Under the pieces are notes generated by a model. It saw only the letters and a program-made list of their open reading frames with translations. It had not been told where the DNA came from and ran no database searches. Made by a program: the position numbers and the translations under genes. From Eledone cirrhosa (lineage: Eukaryota), in contig OZ024740.1 in the NCBI GenBank assembly GCA_964016885.1, positions 186,744,001 through 186,808,000 of the forward strand: DNA of 64,000 nucleotides, given 5' to 3'. Of the stretch, positions 51,171 to 63,840 are shown piece by piece; position 1 is the first letter of the stretch, and every line of letters begins with the position of its first letter.

Positions 51171-52138
51171 TAAATTTAGTGAGAATCGCATTTCGGCGAG
51201 TAGAAATTAGCGAAACGGAACTTCCGATTTGTGTTGGCAAGCGCTCAATGGATACAAAGATACCAGAGCAATAAACATAAGTTAAAACGGCCATACAAAG
51301 CTGAAGCGATGGTTAAGAAGACATAACCACCTAAGCCAAATAAGCGAGCAAGCTAAGTGAGCAAGCAAAATAAGATATGATTGAAATATTTACCCGGACC
51401 TTTGGAAATGATGGTAAAATCCGATACATGGTTTCTGCGATACCTAAATCAATAATACTGTCTGCTTAAAAAAATAATAAGCTTTTGGTATAATGATCAA
51501 AAAAGGATATCACTTTCTCAACAGGCATTTTGTTCTGCGCGAGGATCTCACAGTGTTTTGAAAGCACATGTGAACTCCAAAAGGGAAAAAATCCCTAGTT
51601 TTGGCAAATGAATTCAGTATGTTTTGTCTTTGCAAAATTTGCAAAAATAGCACAAAACTAATTAAGCTCTCGACCGAGTAGTTTTTAAAATAAACTTAAG
51701 CGATTAATCAGTCAATAGAATTAACTAAAAAAATCAAAAAAATTAACTGGTTAATTGCTAGACTTGGGAGATTAATACAAATATAAAGTTAGCGAGAATC
51801 GCATTTCGGCGAGTAGAAATTAGCGAAAGCAACTTCCGATTTGTGTTGGCAAGCGCTCAATGGATACGAAGATACCAGAGCAATAAACATAAGTTAAAAA
51901 GGCCAAAGAAAACTGAGACAATGGTTAAGAAACCATTAACCACCTAAGCCAAAAAAGTGAGCAAGCTAAGCAGGTCAAACAAAATAAGATATGATTGAAA
52001 TATTTACCCGGACCTTTGGAAATGATGGTAAAATCCGATACAGGGTTTCTGCAACACCTAAATCAATAATACTGTCTACTTAAAAAAAATAATAAGCTTT
52101 TGGTATAATGATCGAACAAGGATAACACTTTCTCAACA

Positions 52139-52189
<51 letters not shown>

Positions 52190-52227
52190 GTAAGAGTGAG
52201 AAATGAAATTTCGTTTCATTCTATTCC

Positions 52228-52231
<4 letters not shown>
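50821..52231. mobile_element. Scrambled family D fragments (50821-51137 and 52191-52231) enclosing a 613-bp-period repeat
   Basis: 50821-50900 matches 39961-40040; 52191-52220 is the reverse complement of 50831-50860. Confidence 0.75.
51166..52138. repeat. Partial tandem (about 1.6 units) of an unknown 613-bp unit
   Basis: 51166-51523 is repeated at 51779-52138 with scattered substitutions; TA tracts on both sides. Confidence 0.9.
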
Positions 52232-52265
<34 letters not shown>

Positions 52266-52762
52266 TAATTAATATAGAAATCTGCAGGACAAGAACTGTT
52301 TCATTCAAAAGAAATCATAAAGTACCAGGCAGTGGCTACACAGAATTGTTAAACTGTCATATGAGAGGGCTTGTGTTATTTGTTCCAGCTCTTTGCATTC
52401 TGGATTGAGATCCTACTGCAACCTATTTGGATGGTAGACATCACCCATCTTATTTGGTGGCTTTAGCAGAACCATTTTGTTGCAAGTATTTGGACTAGGT
52501 GTTTGGTTCAAGAATACTTTACCCCTTTCCTCACTACTACCAGTCTCTGAGGCCCTGAAAAAAGCAACAGGCACTTTCCTTCCTTCTAAAAATAAAACGA
52601 AAATACATCATTTATGCTTCGTTAATTAGTTGAGTATTCATAATATTTATAAAAAATATTGTAAGCTCCATTCTTCTATAAATATATGTGGCTTTTCGCC
52701 CCCAATCTCAAGACATTAGAAGAGCAGGTGCTTACAGGCACATTAACACACACAATAGTAGC

Positions 52763-53026
52763 TTAACCTTTATTCTATTATATTTTTAATTAAAGACACT
52801 GTCAATATTTTCAACTCAATTATGAAAATAATCAAAAATTTGGGGACATTTAGTAAAATAATTTACTTTTTAATTATTATGCTTGTGCTTAGAAAATAGC
52901 TTAACAAGTATTCTTGCATAAAATTATGATGGAATTTTTCTAGATAAGTATAAACACTTGAAAGTAAACAGCTTTATATAATAAAACCAAGTTCAGTTTC
53001 AAGCAGTTTGATAACAAAAGGGTTAT
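52763..53026. mobile_element. Decayed piggyBac-type MITE
   Basis: ttaacctttatt ... aacaaaagggttat termini; a related decayed piece lies at about 61200-61418. Confidence 0.4.
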
Positions 53027-53553
53027 GGTAACATTATCAAAGTTTGAAATCAAATAATTTTGTTTCATCTGCTGACAAGAACGTTGTCTTTAAAGCCTCT
53101 TTATTTCAATCATTATTTGGAAGAAGTTTTCTGTCTTGGGAACTATTTGGGAATTAATTTAGAGAACTTATCAAATCAGCATAATAGCTTTCACAGGTAA
53201 CGAGCCAAGAATGTTTCATCAACTCTATTTCTGATGAAAATATCAGTAAAGATGTGTCTAATTGATAGAGAATGAACTAATTGTTTAACCTCCCATTAAT
53301 GTCACATGATTCTGAAGAAGATTCACTTAATAGATTAATCAGCAATGATTGTAATTAAGTGTGAATAAAATTAGTCAATGGCATTGAAAATCACCATTGA
53401 GATTCTAGCCTGAAGCTTAATCTCAGAGTGTGTAATTTATCTAAGCCTTTTTTTTCTTTTTCATAAAAAAGGATATTGCCTTTGTGTTTGAGCATATATA
53501 TATATATATGAATGTATGTGTGTGTGCATGTGTATGTGTGTGTATATATATAT

Positions 53554-56500
53554 AAAGTCAAATTCACCTCGTGGACGAGAATGCGAGCACTCCTCTTTGT
53601 TTCGTCCGCGGATGGCTAACATAACCCTATCTCCTCCCGCCCCCCACCACCCCCACCCTCCAAACGCAACCCAAAACTTCAGAGTTGGTACCATAAATGT
53701 AGGCACCCTAAAGGGTCGCGCTAACGAGGTTGTAGAAATGCTTGAACGTAAGGAGGTCGATGTTTGTTGTATTCAAGAGACCAGGTGGAGGGGTGGGTCT
53801 GCTAGATTCATTGAGGGTAAAAAACGATGTTATAAGCTTTTCTGGGTGGGAAACGACGATGGGCTGGGTGGAGTAGGAATCATGGTAGCAGAAAAGTGGG
53901 CAGATAAGGTAATAGACGTAAATAGAGTGAACGACAGAATAATTAGATTCATTGAGGGTAAAAAACGATGTTATAAGCTTTTCTGGGTGAGAAACGACGA
54001 TGGGCTGGGTGGAGTAGGAATCATGGTAGCAGAAAAGTGGGCAGATAAGATAATAGACGTAAATAGAGTGAACGACAGAATAATTAAAATAAGACTTGTC
54101 CTCAATAGAACTACGGTGACAGTAATATCTGCGTACGCACCCCAATCCGGACTGCCCGGCACTATAAAAGACAGATTCTATGAGACACTGTTGCTAACTA
54201 CCTCCCAAATATCTGACAGTGACTATATAATTATTGCAGGCGACCTAAATGGTCACGTTGGACAACATTGTGACGGCTATGACGAAATCCATGGAGGCTA
54301 TGGGTTTGGTACTAGAAATGAGGAAGGCTCCAGAATTCTGGAATACTGTGATGCAAATAACCTAACTATCTGTAACACTAACTTCAAAAAACGTGACAAT
54401 CACCTGATTACCTATAGATCCGGGGAACACACAAGCCAGGTAGATTATATCCTTACCAGAAGACGTGACAGAATGTCTGTTGTAAACACTAAATCCCTCC
54501 CCCATGAAGAATGCACCTCCCAACATAGACTGATAATTAGCGACCTCATAGTCAGGACGAGACGCACCCGACAGCAGAAGAGGACTATCCTCAGGAGGAA
54601 AATATGGAAACTAAAGGACCCCACAGCCAGAAATAAATTTCAAAGCATATTACTTGATGCTTTCGACAGTAAGGAAGAGCATCTAGAATCGGACAATATA
54701 GAGGGACAGTGGAAATTTCTGAAAGCAAACCTGCTGTTGGCGACAGACGAAGTCTGTGGCTGGAGCAGGCCTGTAGGCAGGAGGAGAGTAACATGGTGGT
54801 GGAACAATAGGGTGGAGGGGTCAATTAAGGCCAAAAAGCAGGCTTGGAAAGTATGGCGGGATGGGGGAAGTAGAGTAGACTATCAAGTGGCCAGGAGGGA
54901 AGCTAGGAGAGAAGTGTACTTAGCAAGAAGGGAAGCTGAGGAAAGAAAGTTCAAGCATGTTCTACAACGCGATGACCAAAAACGTGAGGTGTTCAGGATT
55001 GCCAGGCAATGCGTCAAGGAAAACCGTGATATTGTCGGGGAGAAGTGTGTACTTAACGATGATGGCATACTTGCCATCACCGACACTGATAAGAAGGTAG
55101 CTTGGAAGTGTCACTATGAAAGGCTACTAAATGAGGAGAATAAATGGGAGAAAGACAGTCTCCCCCTTATCGACCCGATAGAGGGACCAGCAGTGTTAGT
55201 CGAGGGGAGTATAATAAGTAAGGCAATCAAGGATATGAAGACTGGTAAGGCGGCTGGGCCTTCGGAAATAGTTGCTGAGATGCTGAAGGCATCTGGCACG
55301 GTGGGACACACCATGGTCACCCGCATAGTTAACCAAGTCGTACAGAATGGGGTTGTTCCGAAGGACTGGCATAGCAGCATTATCGTTAACTGTTATAAGG
55401 GTAAAGGAGACGCCCTAGATAGGAGTAACTATAGAGGCATTAAATTAATCGACCAGGTCATGAAGGTCACGGAAAAAGTAATAGCGCAACTAATCAGAGA
55501 GAGAATTGATCTAGATGAAATGCAGTTCGGGTTTGTGTCAGGCAAAAGCACCACAGACGCTCTTTTCATAGTACGACAACTACAGGAGAAGTACCTAGCT
55601 AAAGGTAAACCCCTCTACTTAGCTTTTGTCGACCTGGAGAAAGCCTTCGACAGAGTCCCCCGCTCCATTATCTGGTGGGCTCTTAGAAAACTAGGCGTTG
55701 ACGAATGGCTTGTGAGGGCTATACAAGCCATGTATAAAGAAACAGTCAGCAAGGTTAGAATTAACAACGAATATAGTGAAGAGTTTAGCGTAAAAGTTGG
55801 CGTCCATCAGGGCTCTGTTCTCAGCCCCCTACTATTTATTATTGCCCTTCAGGCTATAACAGAGGAGTTCAAGACAGGCTGCCCATGGGAACTCCTATAC
55901 GCAGACGACCTGACACTCATAGCGGAATCAATGGCCGAGCTAGAGAAGAAATTCCAAACATGGAAGCACGGCCTAGAGTCAAAAGGACTTAAAATTAACC
56001 TGGCTAAGACCAAAGTTCTAGTTTGTAGGAAAGAAAACAAGGCGGTGGTCCCTTCTGGGAAATGGTCGTGCTCGGTATGTAGGAAAGGCGTAGGTAGAAA
56101 CTCCATCTTATGTCCTAAATGCAAAGTATGGGTGCATAAAAGATGTAGTGGGATCACAGGTAAGCTAACTAAGAACATAGACTTTACATGTGGCCGGTGT
56201 TCTGGTGCAATAAGTAGCAGCAAGTGCCCACAAAATACTAGCTCTTTCAATTGCGCAGAGGGTTCTATAGAAATAGTGGACAGCTTCCGTTACCTGGGCG
56301 ATAAAATCAGCAGTGGGGGAGGGTGCTCTGAAAGTACTGTAGCTAGAGTCAGGACTGGTTGGAAAAAGTTCAGAGAGCTTATACCACTATTAGCTGCTAA
56401 AGGGTTCTCCCTAAAAATGAAAGGCAGGTTGTACGATGCCTGCATACGAACAGCAATGTTGCATGATAGTGAGACCTGGGCATTGTGTGCAGAGGATATA

Positions 56501-57216
56501 CGCAGACTAGAGAGGAACGAAGCTTGCATGCTCCGCTGGATGTGTAACAGTAATATACGTGAACGGCAAAGCATAAACGAACTAAGGAAAAAATTAGAGA
56601 TAAGAGGGATCAGATGTTGTTTACTCGAGAGAAGGCTGTGTTGGTATGGACACGTGATGCGCATGAAAGTCGATAGCTGTATTACAAAGTGCAGGGCAAT
56701 AAAGATAGACGGTAGCCACGGAATAGGCAGACCTAGAAAAACATGGGATGAGCTGATAAACTCCGACCTCACACACTTACACCTCTCCAAGACAATGTCA
56801 CTGGACCGTGACCTTTGGCGGTACTCAGTAACAGAGAAGACCCGCCTTGCCAGTAGGCATCTCTAACAAAATACACCCCTCCCGCCGCCACCCCCACCCC
56901 ATCCACACCACCCCGTTCTATGTAAAGTTATGTTGGTGCCGCGCCATCCAGGCCGAAACAAATGAGATCGTGTAGGTGTCACGACAAAAAACACACAGTC
57001 CACGCTGTAATGTGGCCGTGTAGGCAACACGGTAAAAACCTCCCAGACCCACACTGTAAATGTGGTTGGTGTTAGGAAGGGCATCCAACTGTAGAAAACC
57101 TGCCAGACAGTCCTATGCGAGCAAGACAATCACTCTTGCCTCAAGTGGGACTACCTCCGTCCAAACCCATGCAAGCGTGGAACACGGACGTTAAACGTTG
57201 ATGATGATGATGATGA

Positions 57217-57218
<2 letters not shown>
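53554..57218 (+). mobile_element. RTE-clade LINE, near full length, inserted in a TA tract
   Basis: Single long ORF, about 350-nt 3' region ending in (GAT)n, TA tracts on both sides. Confidence 0.97.
53612..56866 (+). CDS. RTE polyprotein: APE endonuclease, reverse transcriptase, PHD-finger insertion
   Basis: GTINVGTL, IQETRW, SAYAPQ, GDLNGHVG, QVDYIL, SQHRLI (APE); NYRGIKL, FVDLEKAFDRV, GVHQGSVLSPLLF, YADD, FRYLG (RT). The first in-element ATG is at 53612; the frame is open back to the junction, so the true start may be lost. Confidence 0.93.
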   Translation: MANITLSPPAPHHPHPPNATQNFRVGTINVGTLKGRANEVVEMLERKEVDVCCIQETRWRGGSARFIEGKKRCYKLFWVGNDDGLGGVGIMVAEKWADKVIDVNRVNDRIIRFIEGKKRCYKLFWVRNDDGLGGVGIMVAEKWADKIIDVNRVNDRIIKIRLVLNRTTVTVISAYAPQSGLPGTIKDRFYETLLLTTSQISDSDYIIIAGDLNGHVGQHCDGYDEIHGGYGFGTRNEEGSRILEYCDANNLTICNTNFKKRDNHLITYRSGEHTSQVDYILTRRRDRMSVVNTKSLPHEECTSQHRLIISDLIVRTRRTRQQKRTILRRKIWKLKDPTARNKFQSILLDAFDSKEEHLESDNIEGQWKFLKANLLLATDEVCGWSRPVGRRRVTWWWNNRVEGSIKAKKQAWKVWRDGGSRVDYQVARREARREVYLARREAEERKFKHVLQRDDQKREVFRIARQCVKENRDIVGEKCVLNDDGILAITDTDKKVAWKCHYERLLNEENKWEKDSLPLIDPIEGPAVLVEGSIISKAIKDMKTGKAAGPSEIVAEMLKASGTVGHTMVTRIVNQVVQNGVVPKDWHSSIIVNCYKGKGDALDRSNYRGIKLIDQVMKVTEKVIAQLIRERIDLDEMQFGFVSGKSTTDALFIVRQLQEKYLAKGKPLYLAFVDLEKAFDRVPRSIIWWALRKLGVDEWLVRAIQAMYKETVSKVRINNEYSEEFSVKVGVHQGSVLSPLLFIIALQAITEEFKTGCPWELLYADDLTLIAESMAELEKKFQTWKHGLESKGLKINLAKTKVLVCRKENKAVVPSGKWSCSVCRKGVGRNSILCPKCKVWVHKRCSGITGKLTKNIDFTCGRCSGAISSSKCPQNTSSFNCAEGSIEIVDSFRYLGDKISSGGGCSESTVARVRTGWKKFRELIPLLAAKGFSLKMKGRLYDACIRTAMLHDSETWALCAEDIRRLERNEACMLRWMCNSNIRERQSINELRKKLEIRGIRCCLLERRLCWYGHVMRMKVDSCITKCRAIKIDGSHGIGRPRKTWDELINSDLTHLHLSKTMSLDRDLWRYSVTEKTRLASRHL

Positions 57219-57268
<50 letters not shown>

Positions 57269-57621
57269 ATGTTTGTGTACATGTGTGTGTGTGTGTATAT
57301 ATATATATGCATATACATTACACATATATTATTTCTATGTATCAAGCTATTTCCATGATAAAAATTAGAATTGTATTTTCCCCATATATCTTGGCAGCTA
57401 GACTTCCATATTTTCAATATTATTTTTCATAAAAAATAGTTTTGGTTTCAAGATTCTAACACTTAGTTCTTAATGGATTACAGAAAATATCTGAATCTAA
57501 ATTACCTCCTGTCTAGTAATATAATATTGTAGAAACCAGAATCTTTAAACGAAACCCAAATCATCATCATCATCATCACCATTTAACATCTGTTTTAGTT
57601 GCTAATAAGGGTTAGACTTTA

Positions 57622-57692
<71 letters not shown>

Positions 57693-57837
57693 GTGTGGGT
57701 GTGTAGTGTATGTACACACACATACCATACACTCACACTCATACCCACACACAAATGCGCAAATATACATGTATATAAAATTGGTAAATAGGTTCAATAG
57801 ATGTGGGTGACATTCTTCGATTGCCAAGATTACCTAA

Positions 57838-58220
57838 TCAGCTGTGGGGGAGGATGCTCTAAAAGTGTGGTTGCCATAGTAAGAACTGCCTGGAGCTACT
57901 ACCATTGCTAACAACTAAGGGCTTCTCTCTCAGAGTAAAAGGTAGACTGTCTGATGACTGCATGTGCACTGTAATTCTACATGGCAGTGAGACATTGGCT
58001 TTGACTGCAGAAGGCATTTGAAGGCTAGAAATAAATAGTGTGTGCATTTTTCAGTAGATGTGTAATTGTAAAGTGCATGACTGACATAGCAAAAGCAAGC
58101 TGAAAGAAAATGCTCTATGTATAAGAGGAATCCAATGTAGTGTGTAAGAAAGAAGACTGCAATAGTATGAACATGTGATACATATGGAACATGATAGATG
58201 GATAAAGAAGTGCAAAGAAA
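57838..58220 (+). mobile_element. Decayed RTE fragment
   Basis: Translates ELLPLLTTKGFSLRVKGRLSDDCMCTVILHGSETLAL. Confidence 0.75.
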
Positions 58221-58914
58221 TCTCAGTGGATGCATCTCATGAAAGAGATAAATATAGGAAAATATATGATGGATAGGCGACTGCTGATCTTCCACAAAAG
58301 TACCTTGCCTTGTGAGGGGAACTTTCTAGGTGCAAATCCCATTATTATTTATGGGGTCTTTATATATAAATATTGGCACATTTGTGTATCAGGGTTACAT
58401 TTTCAGATGTGACCTTACATTTTTAAGACTTTGGCACATGTGATTTGGGAAAGATTTGGCTGCTATTTGCAGCTGTTCAATCCAGAGACTCTAATTGGCT
58501 CCTGCACAGATATTCAGTTAGTTGTTGCTGTTCAGCTCTAGGTTAGGTATAATCAAGCAGACTTATAATAAACATTTTATTTATTTGTCTGGAGAAAGAG
58601 CAGTGTCCATGACTCTTTGCAGATTTTAGTGGGAAGTAGGGAAAAGGTATCCTCAAACTAGAAAATTAGCCCAAAGTTATCCTGGTTGTGCTAAACCAGG
58701 CAATAGATTAAGTCTGCCACTCAAAACAGCCACTGCATGGTTTGATCTCAGATCACAAAGAACTAGAACAAATATAGCAAGGCACTCTCACATGCACTAA
58801 TGATTCCACCCAACCAATTCCCCAGGATGGTATTTTCTTTATGGACCCCAGAAAAAGAAACACAATGTTGACCATGGCAGTATTTGAACCCAGAATGCAT
58901 GTAGCCAGAATAAA

Positions 58915-59110
58915 TATGGGTTTATGATTTAGACACAAAGCTAACAATTTTTAGGGAAAGGGAAAGTCAATTAAATCTCCCCCAGTGTATTGTGGTACTT
59001 TATTTTATCGACCCTGTAAGGATGTAAGGCAAAGTTAATCTTGGTGGGATTTGAACCCAGAACATAAGGAGTCATAACTTATACTGTGAAGCAGGTATCT
59101 GGTGCTTTAG
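58915..59110 (-). mobile_element. SINE (main family)
   Basis: Reverse complement of tail, core and B box. Confidence 0.75.
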
Positions 59111-59699
59111 TGCAAATAGTACTGCCTGGGGATCTAACACTTTAGCTAATTTACTGCTTTACACCCTTACACATACATGTTTAGACAAACAGTTTTTAAC
59201 ATCAGGAATTAGCCAAATTCACCAATGTTACATAAATACAGAGGAGCTTGTAGATGTTTTAGCTTCTAGGGATGTTCTTATTATGAATCAATTTGCTTTA
59301 CTTCACTAAAACAGTGTTTAAATAGGTTTTTAACAATGATTATATTTAATGTAAACAATCTAGAGACATGCACTGTCATTATATGTTAAATACTACACTG
59401 CCTATAACCAAAACATATAACATTATATTACCACTATTATTTCAAATGATTAGCTGAAAAGAATACAATATTGCTATTGAATACACCTCATTGAAATCCT
59501 TTCCATCTTTTTGCTTTTAGTTTCGGCCATCCTTCAAACATATATTCTCTTTAAATGCTTACAATTCTAATTTTCTTTCTTTCAAATAACAAGTCAACGA
59601 TTAACTGGATATGAAATCAAGAGCAATGGCCTATAAATTTATTACCTAATCTACTCAAATATTAAACATTATGAACCCTTCTTTTCTTCTTATTCACCC

Positions 59700-60085
59700 A
59701 CTTATTTCTGGAAAGGTTATGGAGGGTGAGCAGGTTCCTCAAATAATTCTTCCAGTGGGCCCTGTCAAAAGCAACCATCTTTGGCTGAATTTGAACTTAG
59801 ACTGTAAAGATCCAGAACAAATATCCCAAAGCATTTTGTCCAACACTGTAATGATTCTGCCGGTCTGGAAAATTATTTTTTCAAACATTGGCAAAAAGCC
59901 AGCTATTTGTGGGAAGGGGAATGTTGATTATATCGACCCCCAGGACTTAACTGGTACTTTATTTTATCGACCCTGATAGAACGAAAAGCAAAGTTGACGT
60001 TGGTAGGATTTGAACTCAGAAATGTGTAACTAAATAACACAAATCATTTTGTCCACTGCTCTACCAATACTGCCAATCCACTGGA
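59700..60085 (-). mobile_element. Two adjacent decayed SINEs
   Basis: Cores at about 59760-59865 and 59885-60082. Confidence 0.65.
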
Positions 60086-62521
60086 AAGAACACAGCAGAG
60101 ATGGAATCATGAAGGAATGTTAGTTCTATTACAGGTATAATGATACTGATATTAACTCAGAACTAAATTGTCTAAAATGGAATTAAAGCATACCAAATAT
60201 CTGTAATGGAAATTTCATGGAAAACTTGAAAAATGATTGTAGAGGACAATGAAAGCTTATTTTCATTGTTTTTGTCTGATTAAGTAGTCTCATAGCATCC
60301 CTAAAAACTGAATAGATAATGGATATATCAGGTGATAAATGTAAAGTTCTGAAATATAAAACTATTATAGCGCTGCTAAACTTAGATCAGTTAGGCACTG
60401 TAATATAGCTGATTTATTCTGGTATTGAACTTTAAATATCTGTCTCAACCACTACCATTAACATATTAACAGCCTAAACATTCTCTGAACAAAATTTACT
60501 ACCTATCTCAACGATTCACTCATCACTATTTCAGCAAATGTAATGTAGTCTATGTTTCTTCTTCTTAACCAACTTATTCTTGGGAGGGTCAATGGTGGCA
60601 CAGTCATCAAGCCCACCTTCCAGCAGGTCCTCTCTGAAGTAACTGTCTCCACTTGATCTGTCTTGATCCCAAGTGAAATTATCCAGCACTCTTGCTTGGG
60701 GTCCAACCCTGCATATCCTGCCAGTTTGCTATGCCCAGAAAATCTGTCTAGTGGTTCCATTTTTAGACATTCTGACCACACATTCATAGTATCAGAGTTG
60801 TGTTATTTCAGTTTGGAGAAATAGTGGCTCTACCTAGAGGTACTCCCTGTTCGGATAAATGGTTACTAATCTATGTTTCACTGATGACATTATAAGAATG
60901 AAATAAGTCCAAAGTTATCTCTTGGTCTAGTACCAATGATCCAAATAGATAACATCCCAGATTTTATTCACTTACCGTGGGCTGGAACTCATCAGATTGG
61001 GCCAAGGAAACAATGTTTTCATTGATCACAACTCCTGGAAAAAGGAGCAGTGTGAAATAAAGTGTCTTACTGGAGGGCACAACACATCAATCATTCTGGG
61101 AATCAGACTTCCAACCTCACAATTGAGAATCCAACTCTCTAGTCATTAAGTCATGTACCGTCACTAGCAACAATAATTAAAATGATATTAATCAATGACT
61201 GTTTTTATTTTCACTGCATAATAATACTTCTAGTTAACTTGTTGTTAATCTCTGTAATACATATGGTAACACAAATTTGATTTGGAATATAACTTAAATG
61301 ATTACTGAATAAAATTACAAGGGAATGTTCCTAATTTAAATTAAAAACTCTTTAAAATGTGTGTTTCATATCAAAGGACCAGAAGCAGTCTCAGGTGGGT
61401 TGGTATCCAAAACATTTAAATCATTTTCGTAATGGTTCACAGAATATTAAAACAGGAAACATTCTATTAATAGGATTCTAATTTATTTTCACTTTCCAAA
61501 AGGAATACCTCTTATGGACTCTATTGTAGTGAGGACTGTGCAAAGTTGGGAAAGCTGGTAATAGCTACACACCAGATGTAAAATGTAGGTTACTGAAGCT
61601 GGTAATAGGTCCAGGCAAAGTGTGAGATGTAAGCCTCACTTCAAAATACTACAGTGATTTAGTAATCAATGGTAAATACATATTATTTTTATATGAGTAA
61701 ATTGGTGGGAGGCCCTGAATAGCTGTGGTGTCATGGTAGAAGGGGCCAAAACACCTACTCACGGGTCCCAAATAATAGGTGGGGTTGGACATTTGCTTAA
61801 ATTCTTATAAGGGAGAAGGCAATCGGTAATTGTATAGTGTGCATTTGTAAATATGTGATTTTTTGTAATGTCCTTTTTTTCATCATATATAATGTTTTTT
61901 AATGTAAAATAAAATAATTGTTAGATTCTCCAGCTTCTATTTCAATATGAATCACTTACAATAAAATTTCACTGGAGATAGATTAGAAAAATTTGATAAG
62001 CAGTGGAGTTTGGAAAAATCTAAAAAATGTATAAGCACAGGAGCGGGGATGATTATTCAAGACCTGTGAGTACAAAATTACTTCACTGCCTTATGAGACA
62101 CCAGTTCCTGCATTCGGAGATGGAATATAGCATCAACCTCAGCACACATCTGTGTTTATCAAGCATGTACACTGTGTACATGATGTACTTACAAGTAACA
62201 GAAGAGAATAAAAGAACTATGAGGAAAGTAGGCCCATGCAAATCGCCCACATAAACCATTCCCCACTTCTGCTTGGCTGGATTGTAGCTAAAAATGATTT
62301 CTTCTATTGGTGTAGTTAATTAGGTTGACATTAGTATAAGACTGGAACTGATCATATATACTTGTGTATAGGTCAAATCTTACATAAAAATATGAGATGA
62401 AAAATAAGGATGAGACATATTTACTGAGCTTACTTCAAAATAAATGGCACATTGTAAATGTTCTCTAAAACGGAGGTGTAAATTATACTCAAGTATATAT
62501 ATCATCATTTCATCATAATTT

Positions 62522-62670
62522 CATTTTACGTCCACTTTTTCCCTGCTTGCAAGGGTGGGACGGGAACTGATTCTGGCTTGATTTTTACAGCTGGATACCT
62601 TCCTAACACCAACCTCATTTACAGTGAGTGCTGGGTGCTTTTGTACCATGTCACCTCCACAACCACTTTG
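62522..62670 (-). mobile_element. RTE tail / 3' UTR fragment
   Basis: Reverse complement of 'cccttgcaagcagggaaaaagtggacgtaaaatga' and the shared 3' UTR motif. Confidence 0.75.
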
Positions 62671-63003
62671 CACTGGAATGATATGGACCCCAGTCCCTAT
62701 CATCTCATTTCTACAGCTGAGTAAACTGGAGCAATGTGAAATAAAGTGTCTTGCTCAAGGAAACAACACATCACCCAGTCTGACAATTGAACTCACAACC
62801 TTTCGATTGCAAGGCCAATGCTCTAACCACTAAGCCATGTGCCTCCATATATATATGTGCATGTGTGTGTGTGTGTATATATATTTATATTGACACTTCA
62901 TTCCTGCTCCTTATTATTATCATTATTAACACAGCTTCTTAAGGATAGCAAATGTGGAATGCCAAATGTGGAATACAGGATCAGAAATTGGATTTATATT
63001 GGC

Positions 63004-63175
63004 ATTGAGTGCTCAAACTGATGAACTAATAGTAACTAAATATTACACACTAATAGACTATATATATTATACATATATATATATATGTAACAATATATGT
63101 ATATATGTATAATATATATAGTCGATTAGTGTGTAAGATTTAGGTACTATTAGTTCATCAGTTTGAGCACTCAAT
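63004..63175. repeat. 57-bp inverted repeat around a TA tract
   Basis: 63004-63060 / 63119-63175, three mismatches. Confidence 0.9.
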
Positions 63176-63840
63176 ATGAGTTAGTAACTCTGTATTTTAT
63201 TTGTATATATATATATATATATATGAATATATATATATATATATATATACGCACACACACACACGCATACATAAGGTTATTTTATACATAGGTTTATTTA
63301 TGGACCCAGAATGAATTCACATTGGAATTGGATTTGAATAAAGAGAAGTTAGAAAACAAGGAGTAAAGTGATAATGTTGAAACTCTAGTTCCGTTTTCTA
63401 GCATTTCTAGCTTGAACAACTTCCTTCATTCTAACATATAAGCTTAAATGGTAAATGGAAGAAATTATAGTTTATCTGAGAAGAAAGTAGTTTTTATCGT
63501 TGTCATTTATACCAACTCATCCTGCTTGCAGCAAGTCTTGGTGTCTCTCCACAGGATGATATTTAATGTCTTATCTTAAAAGCAACATTTCATACTTCCA
63601 ATTCTCTGATGACATTTTAACACCTCAATGTTCTCAATCTGATATTTGGTATCAACAATGATACTGTATCGAATGTTTAAAAATGAAGTTTTTCAAATAA
63701 GTCCACAAAAGGATAAAACAGGAAACATTATATATCCATGGCAATTCAGTACACCTCAGACTTTAAATGAATATGGCCATCTTAAAATATTGGCACACTA
63801 AAACTAATATGTATTTCTCTCTCTCTCTATATATATATAT

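Noticed and set aside
51166-52138. LTR element / TRIM
   Set aside because: No TG..CA ends, PBS, PPT or TSD seen; kept as an unknown tandem unit.
53516-53611. Listed start of the 1116-aa ORF
   Set aside because: It begins in flanking microsatellite, outside the element.
60875-60915. CTGATGA...GAAA...GTC on the plus strand
   Set aside because: No stem I pairing and a poor stem II.
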